A stretch of 64,000 nt of DNA from an uncultured delta proteobacterium (lineage in GTDB: Bacteria > Myxococcota > Kuafuiibacteriia > Kuafuiibacteriales > Kuafuiibacteriaceae): assembly GCA_963803435.1 (NCBI GenBank), contig CAWDML010000001.1:1216001-1280000 (forward strand). Direction: 5' to 3'. The notes under the pieces are model-generated. The model made no database searches. It saw only the letters and a list, made by a program, of their open reading frames with translations, and was not told the origin of the DNA. Positions 48,349 through 64,000 of the stretch are shown here, one piece after another (the first letter of the stretch is position 1; the number at the start of each line of letters is the position of its first letter). The translations under genes were made by a program, and so were the position numbers.

Positions 48349-49683
48349 TCAGGCGGACTCGTCCGACGCGACCTCGCGCTTCTGACTGCGCTGCATGAAC
48401 TCCGCCGTCTGCCGGAGCCCGGCGCGGCGGGCGGAGGTCACGACGAACCGAACCGGGGTCAGGTGATAGAACCGGCTGCCGTGACGCTTGAGCGCCTGGG
48501 GATCGACGTCGACGCCGAGCCCGGGGAGGTTCGGCACGGGCAGCTGGCCGTCGGGTCGCACGTGAAGCGGTGCAGTGAGGATCGCGTCTCGGTGCTCCGC
48601 GATCATCGCGGGCGGCTCCCATGGATACTCGAGGCGCGACGCGACATCGCCGGTCTTCTGCTTCCACGCGGCCAGCGCGTGCAGGTTCGCAGTGAGGGTG
48701 AGGCCGTCACCGTTCGACGACGGCTCGAAGCCGATGCCGCGCTCGTGACAGCCGCGCATCGTTCGCACCACGTTGTCGAGCCCGGCGAAGGTGGCGTCGG
48801 GCGTGAGCACCGAGTAGCAGCGCTGTTGAAGCATGGCGCGAAGCGAGATGAAGCTGACGGAGAGGACACCGCCCGCGATCGGGACCTTCGCCTCGGAGGT
48901 CAGCTCGGTGAGCTCGTCCCAGGCCTCGTCGTGCAGGGGCTCCTGCACCCAGCGATAGTCGAGCTCGGCGGCCCGCGCAACGAATCGGCGGGCGCGATCG
49001 AGATCCCAGCGGGCCACGCTCTCGACCAGCGAGACGCTCCAGGCCTGATGCGCGTGGACCACCAGCTCGAAATGGGGACCCGCCGCCGCCCGAGCCTGTT
49101 CGAGCTGCTCGAGATCGTCGCGCTCGCCGGCGCCGTGGACGGAGATCTTGGCCGCGGTGAAGCCGTTGCGCTGGGCCCGCTCGATCGATTCGGCGCGGAC
49201 CATGGGCGCCCGCAGCTCCCGGAAGGAGGCGTAGACGGGGACCGCCTCGGGTGCGCGGGGACCGCCGTCGGGCGGAGCGCCGAAGGCCCGCTCGTAGATC
49301 AGGGTATGGAGCGGGACCCGCTGCGCCTTCGCCGCCACATCCCAGAACGCGACGTCCATCCAGCTGTTTCGCCAGCCGAGGTAGGACGCCTGTCGAAGGC
49401 GTTCGCGGACGACGTCGAGATCGTACGGATCGATCCCGAGGAGGAATTGACCGATGTAATCGCCCAGGCTCTGCCGCTCGTGATCGAATGCAGGACCGCT
49501 TGCGTAGCCCATCAGACCGTCGCCGGTGGTGAGCACCAGGAGCGTGGAGCACTGCCGGTATTGCGGATATCCCGGGATCCAGACGGGGAAGAGCGCAGTC
49601 GGGAGGGGGACGTCCAGATGATACAGCTCGATCTTTTCGATCTTCCCCGCCACCACCGGCTCCAGCGTGACACGGTGCGGCAA
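48349..49683 (-). CDS. Mandelate racemase/MLE (enolase superfamily) fold protein with degenerate active site
   Basis: DVAFWD..AK...PL, VPVYAS, GFTAAK, PGLGVDVD retained; expected metal ligands are replaced. Start uncertain. Confidence 0.85.
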   Translation of the reverse strand: MPHRVTLEPVVAGKIEKIELYHLDVPLPTALFPVWIPGYPQYRQCSTLLVLTTGDGLMGYASGPAFDHERQSLGDYIGQFLLGIDPYDLDVVRERLRQASYLGWRNSWMDVAFWDVAAKAQRVPLHTLIYERAFGAPPDGGPRAPEAVPVYASFRELRAPMVRAESIERAQRNGFTAAKISVHGAGERDDLEQLEQARAAAGPHFELVVHAHQAWSVSLVESVARWDLDRARRFVARAAELDYRWVQEPLHDEAWDELTELTSEAKVPIAGGVLSVSFISLRAMLQQRCYSVLTPDATFAGLDNVVRTMRGCHERGIGFEPSSNGDGLTLTANLHALAAWKQKTGDVASRLEYPWEPPAMIAEHRDAILTAPLHVRPDGQLPVPNLPGLGVDVDPQALKRHGSRFYHLTPVRFVVTSARRAGLRQTAEFMQRSQKREVASDESA

Positions 49684-49924
49684 CTTGACGCCGAGGTCAA
49701 CGCCGCCTGCGGAGGAATCCGAGGCCGAGGGCGATCACGAGCAGGCTCCCTCCCAGGTGCGACCTGGCCCCGGTGGCGCATTCGCACCCGCCCCGGATCC
49801 CGTTTCGCGTCGGGCTTCCCGCCGTCACCGGTGATTCCGGCGCCTTCGGCGACTCGGCGGGCATGTCGGAGCCCAAGCCGGGATCGACCGGGCCTGTGCC
49901 GACCTGCCCCGGATCGTCCGGCGG

Positions 49925-50334
49925 CCTCGACGGCCCGCGCGCCTCGGCTTGCGGCCTTGTGCGTGCGCTGCGGTGGCCATCCGCGCCGGTCGAGGTCTCC
50001 CGCGTTCAACGTCTTCCTTTCGTGGCGTGCTGCCCCTGTTACCCCGGGAGAGCGGAACGCTTCGCGCATCGAGCCGCTGTTCACGTCCGTCCTGCCTTCG
50101 CCCTGTTCCGAGGGGCTCGGCCTCTCCATATCCTTACGAGGCGACGGCTGGGTTCGCTTCGCGCTGCGGCCCGCCACTTCGCAGCCACGGATTGCCGCCC
50201 GTGACCGTTCTGATCCCGCTTCTGCTGGGCACACCTCGCGGCGCCACGCAGGGGATCTGGCTACCTGACTGCTCGATTACTATCAGGGCAGGCTCCTCTC
50301 ATCCTGCTAGGAACGACGCCGCTTCGCGGCGCAC
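49925..50334 (-). ncRNA. Group II intron 5' fragment (domains I-II), no RT ORF
   Basis: Minus strand starts GTGCG-CCGCGAAGCGGCG and contains GGTAGCC, CTCGTAA, GGCCGAGCC..GGGCGAAGGCAG, CCGGGGTAA..GGGGCAGCACG and the domain-I end AACGCGGGAGACC, then a stem closed by CCTCGAC/GTCGAGG. Confidence 0.7.
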
Positions 50335-50488
50335 CAGAACGACGAAACAGCAAACTGCGAACGGAACGGTTTCTGGACTGGCTCTTAGCTCCGAGTCCTC
50401 TGCACCACACCGCGATCGCATGCCACCCGACCGGGCGTCGATCGGGGCACCGAGTCACCAGAGTTGGGGAACGATGGCGCGTCGTGGG

Positions 50489-52228
50489 TCACTTCGGGAT
50501 CTCGAGCTTCTGCGTCCCGGTCTCCACCTCCGGCTGCTCGATGATGGTGAACTCGACGCGCCGGTTGGTGGCCCAGGCCTCCTCGTTGCTCTCGTTGATG
50601 ATCGGCCGCTCCTCGCCATAGCCGATGGCCTCGAGCCGGGCCTGGGAGACGCCCTTGGCCACCAGGTAGCGCATCACGCTCTCGGCGCGCCGCTGGGAGA
50701 GGTCCTGGTTGTAGGCGTTCGAGCCGCGCTCGTCCGTGTGGCCCTCCACGCGGATCTTCTTGAGCTGGGCGTTCGCCTTCAGCGTGAGCGCGACCTGATC
50801 GAGGATGCTGAAGCTCTCCGGCTTGATCCGCGCCGAGTCGAAGTCGAACTGGATCCTCGTGTCGATGGTGACCTTCTCGCTCGTCACCTCGACGTGCGGC
50901 TCGCCCTCGTCAGGACAGCCGTCGTCATCGTCGACGCCATTGATCGTCTCCTTCTCGTCCGGGCACTTATCCTGGTCGTCGGGGATCCCGTCCTTGTCGT
51001 GATCCTCCTCGGGGCAGCCGTCCTCGTCGTCGAAGCCGTTGAAGTTCTCGGGCTCGAGCGGGCACGCGTCCTTCACGTCCGGGATCCCGTCCTTGTCGTT
51101 GTCGGGATCCGGGCAGCCGTCGAGATCCTCGAAGCCGTCCTTGTCCTCGGGGTCGTTCGGGCACTGATCGGCCACGTCGGGCAGCCCGTCCTTGTCGTTG
51201 TCGGGATCGGGGCAGCCGTCCGAGTCTTCGAAGTCGTCGATGTCCTCGGGATCGTCGGGACAGAAGTCGTCGTCGTCGACGATGCCGTCCTTGTCGCGAT
51301 CGGAGAGGTAGCGGCGGTAGACCACGCCCAGGAACACCTGGAAGTCGGGTGCACCGTAGCCGCGCGTCCCGCCGAACGAGGTGCCGAGCGTGGTGATGAT
51401 CTGATGGCCGGTCTCGATCTCGAACGTGTCGCGGAGCGCGAGGCTGGCCAGCAGCGGGTTCTGCTCCTTGTGCTGGAACGGCTCGTCGAGCCGGCTGTAC
51501 TGGGTGAGCTCGCCGATGATCTCCGGGTGCGCGTCGAGGAAGTTGGGGAGGCCGACGCCGGCGCCGAGGCGATAGAAGATCTCGTCGTTGATCTCGATGT
51601 TGCCGATCTGCGAGCGCGGTCGGATCCGCACGCCGAGCAGCGCGCCGGCGCGGAGGCCCCAGAGGAGATCGAAGCTGCGATCGATCGCGATCTGCGGGGT
51701 GAAGGCGACGTTGCCGTTGCCGAGGAACGAGGAGTCGTCGCCGGTGGGGATGCTGAGCTCGGGGATGAAGGCGAGGCCGATCAGCAGGCGTTCCTGCCTC
51801 ATCAGCGTGACCTTCGCGTTCACGCGGACGTCGCGGAAGCCGATCTTCGCGATGTCGTTCGTGGGGAGATTGTCGTCGCCCTTCTGCCAGTACGCGACCG
51901 GCACCACCAGGCCCGCTTCGAGCCAGGGCAGGATGCCGATCGAGCCCACCAGATCCTGGCTGATCCGATGGCCGACGACCTCGCCGATCTGGAGGCGATC
52001 GGCGAACAGCACCAGGGGGTTCCGGGCGTAGCTGAGGAAGATGCCGACCGCGAACTCGCGCCAGCGCTGGCTCCGCGTGCTGGCCACCGTGCTCAGGCCG
52101 AGCGGCGTGGGCTGGTAGTGCTCGATGTCGAGGTTGTTGCCGGTGCCGGTGAAAGCCCCCACCTGGGCAGTCGCGGGCGTCGCGACGGCGAGGGACAGCG
52201 CGACGAAAACGGCCGGAACCAGGCGCAC
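50489..52228 (-). CDS. OmpA family protein: beta-barrel + thrombospondin type 3 repeats + OmpA C-terminal domain (TraB-like architecture)
   Basis: Signal peptide; four 33-aa DxDKDGxxDxxDxCP..DGCP repeats; IQFDFDSA, RVEGHTD, YNQDLSQRRAESV, NRRVEF. Confidence 0.9.
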   Translation of the reverse strand: MRLVPAVFVALSLAVATPATAQVGAFTGTGNNLDIEHYQPTPLGLSTVASTRSQRWREFAVGIFLSYARNPLVLFADRLQIGEVVGHRISQDLVGSIGILPWLEAGLVVPVAYWQKGDDNLPTNDIAKIGFRDVRVNAKVTLMRQERLLIGLAFIPELSIPTGDDSSFLGNGNVAFTPQIAIDRSFDLLWGLRAGALLGVRIRPRSQIGNIEINDEIFYRLGAGVGLPNFLDAHPEIIGELTQYSRLDEPFQHKEQNPLLASLALRDTFEIETGHQIITTLGTSFGGTRGYGAPDFQVFLGVVYRRYLSDRDKDGIVDDDDFCPDDPEDIDDFEDSDGCPDPDNDKDGLPDVADQCPNDPEDKDGFEDLDGCPDPDNDKDGIPDVKDACPLEPENFNGFDDEDGCPEEDHDKDGIPDDQDKCPDEKETINGVDDDDGCPDEGEPHVEVTSEKVTIDTRIQFDFDSARIKPESFSILDQVALTLKANAQLKKIRVEGHTDERGSNAYNQDLSQRRAESVMRYLVAKGVSQARLEAIGYGEERPIINESNEEAWATNRRVEFTIIEQPEVETGTQKLEIPK

Positions 52229-52311
52229 CTCGCGATGATATCGAGGGCCGGGATCTCGGCAAGTTCTCGACGTTGACGCCCGAACAACCCTCTGGGAGCG
52301 TGCAGCCACCC

Positions 52312-53721
52312 ATGGAAAGACCTCTCGCCGCCGTCATCCTCGCCGCCGGTCAAGGAACACGGATGAAGTCGGATCTCCCCAAGGTCCTCCATGCGCTCCT
52401 AGGCGCGCCGATGGTCACCTACCCCATCCGGCTCGCCCGGCGGGTGGGCGCCGATCCGATCGTCCTCGTGATCGGCCACGGCGCGGATCTGGTGATGGCG
52501 TCGATCGGCGGCGCACGTTTCCAGATCCAGGCCGATCAGAAGGGCACCGGGCACGCCGCGATGCAGGGCATGGCCGGGCTCGAGGGCTTCGACGGGCGCG
52601 TGCTGATCTTGTATGGGGACGTGCCGCTCCTGACCGAGGAGACGATCGGCGGGCTCCTGTCGAAGCTCGACGAGGGCGCTCATCTTTCGATCGTGACCAC
52701 GCTGCTCGAGGATCCCTACGGGTATGGGCGCGTGCTCCGCGACGATCGGGGGCGCGTCACCGGCGTGGTCGAGGAGAAGGACGCGTCGGTCGAACAGCGG
52801 AGAATCCGGGAGATCAACGCCGGGATCTACTGCACCGAGAGCGCTTTTCTCCGCTCCGCCCTGGCGCGACTCCGGAACGACAACGCGCAGGGCGAGTACT
52901 ACCTCACGGACGTGGTCGGACTGGCGATCGAGGACGGGCTGACGGTGGAGGCCTACGTCGCCCCCGATCCCGGCGAGGTCCAGGGGGCGAACACGCGGGC
53001 GCAGCTCGCCGAGCTGGGTGCGACGCTCCGGCGGCGCGTGAACGCCCGGCACCTGCGGGACGGCGTCGGCATCGTCGATCCCGAGACCACCTACATCGGG
53101 ATCGACGTAGAGATCGGGCGAGACACCGTGATCGAGCCGGGCGTCCACCTCCGAGGGAAGACCGTGATCGGCGCGCGCTGCCGGATCGACGCCGGCGCGA
53201 TCCTCACCGACGCCCACCTGCACGACGGCGCCAACGTCCACCCGTACAGCGTGATCGAGGGCGGCGTGATCCACGGGGGCGCCGACGTGGGGCCGTTCGC
53301 GAGGATCCGGCCGGGCGCCGAGATCCTGGAGGGCGCGCGGGTCGGCAACTTCGTCGAGCTCAAGAAGACCAGGCTCGGCAAGGGATCGAAGGCGAACCAC
53401 CTGGCGTACCTCGGCGACAGCGAGATCGGCGCGGGCGCGAACATCGGCGCCGGCACCATCACCTGCAACTACGACGGATACGGCAAGTACCGGACCGTGA
53501 TCGGCGACGACGTGTTCGTCGGCTCCAACTCGACGCTGGTGGCGCCGGTGGAGATCGGGCGGGGCGCGTACGTCGCGGCCGGGAGCACCATCACCGAGCC
53601 GGTCGGCGACGACGACCTCGCCTTCGGGCGCGCGCGTCAGGTCCTCAAGCGATCGCGGGCCAAAGACCTGCGCGAAACCGCCGCCGCCCAGGCGGAAGCC
53701 GCCAAGCGCGAGAAGAAGTAG
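52312..53721 (+). CDS. glmU: Bifunctional UDP-GlcNAc pyrophosphorylase / GlcN-1-P acetyltransferase
   Basis: ILAAGQGTRMKSDLPKVLH, GTGHA, YGDVP, EINAGIY, NAQGEYYLTD, GPFARIRP, HLAYLGD, TCNYDG. Confidence 0.96.
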   Translation: MERPLAAVILAAGQGTRMKSDLPKVLHALLGAPMVTYPIRLARRVGADPIVLVIGHGADLVMASIGGARFQIQADQKGTGHAAMQGMAGLEGFDGRVLILYGDVPLLTEETIGGLLSKLDEGAHLSIVTTLLEDPYGYGRVLRDDRGRVTGVVEEKDASVEQRRIREINAGIYCTESAFLRSALARLRNDNAQGEYYLTDVVGLAIEDGLTVEAYVAPDPGEVQGANTRAQLAELGATLRRRVNARHLRDGVGIVDPETTYIGIDVEIGRDTVIEPGVHLRGKTVIGARCRIDAGAILTDAHLHDGANVHPYSVIEGGVIHGGADVGPFARIRPGAEILEGARVGNFVELKKTRLGKGSKANHLAYLGDSEIGAGANIGAGTITCNYDGYGKYRTVIGDDVFVGSNSTLVAPVEIGRGAYVAAGSTITEPVGDDDLAFGRARQVLKRSRAKDLRETAAAQAEAAKREKK

Positions 53722-53736
53722 GATTCGAGAGAAGTC

Positions 53737-58776
<5,040 letters not shown>

Positions 58777-58865
58777 CACGCGGCGTCACCCGGCATTCTC
58801 TCCTTCCCAACCCGGCGTGTGATCGTTATGGTTCGCCCCCAAACCTGAACGGGGGCTACCGACTG

Positions 58866-63321
<4,456 letters not shown>

Positions 63322-63335
<14 letters not shown>

Positions 63336-64000
63336 GGTCGAGGCGAAGGACGATCGCCGCCCACTCGGGGGTGTCGCGAATCCACTTGGTGGGCTCGTCG
63401 ACCCCCCTCCCCTTCAACTCCGCCGAGACGGAACGAAAGCGCCCGAACGCCTGCGCGAGCGGCGTCTTCTCCACGGCGGCCCGGTCGCCGCCGGCCGCCA
63501 CGAAGGCGTCGAAGTCTCTCGTGCCCTCCATCAGCTCGAGCTCGATCGACCTCAGGCCGGGATGGTCCGCGAGCAGCTTGGCGACCAGCGCGGTCTCCAG
63601 GTCGTGGCCCTCCCAGCCGTTTCGCGCGCCGGTGTACCCGGAGAGCCGCACGCGGGTCGGCGAGACCACCGAGTAGGACAGGTCGGCGGCGATCGTCTTT
63701 CCGTCGGCCTCGAGCAGCCCGGGCTCGCCGTAGGTGAGGCCGTGGCTCGCGCCGTAGCGGATCCACGCGTCGAGGTCTCCGCCCGCGGGTCGCGGCTGCT
63801 GGGCGCGGTGGGCCTGCAGCCGATCGATCAGCGCGGCGGGGACGTCGTCGAGGACCGCCCGGATCGAGGCACCGAGCGCCTCGCTCATCGACATCCGGAG
63901 CCCGTACGGCGCCAGCCGCTCGTTCGCCTTCTCGAGACGGCGCGCGCTCTTGTTCTTCTCGACGGCGGCCTTCTCGGCGCGCGCGAGCGCGAGGCCGCGG
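63322..64000 (-). CDS. C-terminal part of a hypothetical protein entering from the window edge
   Basis: The frame of track ORF 63322..63894 stays open to position 64000 (RGLALARAEKAAVEKNK...). Confidence 0.55.

Noticed and set aside
49685-49700. TTGAC-N6-GTCAA palindrome as an FNR/CRP site
   Set aside because: Spacing and sequence do not match the FNR (TTGAT-N4-ATCAA) or CRP consensus; a single short instance.
26838-50334. Diversity-generating retroelement or retron (Avd-like gene plus retroelement RNA)
   Set aside because: No reverse transcriptase and no TR/VR pair seen; the two parts are about 23 kb apart.
50335-50376. attC site next to the intron 5' end (CAGAAC...GTTTCTG)
   Set aside because: Only the outer boxes resemble attC; internal pairing is weak and there is no integrase or cassette array.
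53722-53736. glmS ribozyme
   Set aside because: Only 15 bp separate glmU and glmS.

Overview
High-GC, gene-dense window whose content (Ser/Thr kinases, PEGA/FG-GAP/Cys-rich lipoproteins, FHA-sigma54 activators, TSP3-OmpA protein) suggests a Myxococcota-like deltaproteobacterium; this is an inference from gene content only. Housekeeping genes include queG, msrA, ddl, ffh, a serA-like gene, fdx, dusB, glmU and glmS. The main candidates for novel biology are: (1) an MNIO/DUF692 RiPP locus whose precursor is a lipoprotein with four tri-Cys cores, with its DUF2063 partner separated by an antisense APC transporter; (2) an unannotated 58-aa FlgM-like microprotein divergent from a FleQ/FlrA-like sigma54 activator, with FleQ-box-like palindromes between them and no flagellar genes in the window; (3) an IS1182-family element with 65-66 bp terminal inverted repeats built from hexamer arrays, carrying a decayed four-helix-bundle (IVP/Avd-like) passenger gene; (4) an ORF-less 5' fragment of a group II intron; (5) a stand-alone tandem PARP-type zinc-finger protein, a pseudo-enolase lacking its metal ligands, and a DUF106/EMC3-like membrane protein; (6) repeated signs of leaderless genes, including one bidirectional -10 element. 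Single-base frameshifts in glmS and a saccharopine dehydrogenase suggest assembly indels, so the 1679-aa GlmS fusion ORF is probably an artefact. All family calls come from motif recognition by eye; no searches were run.
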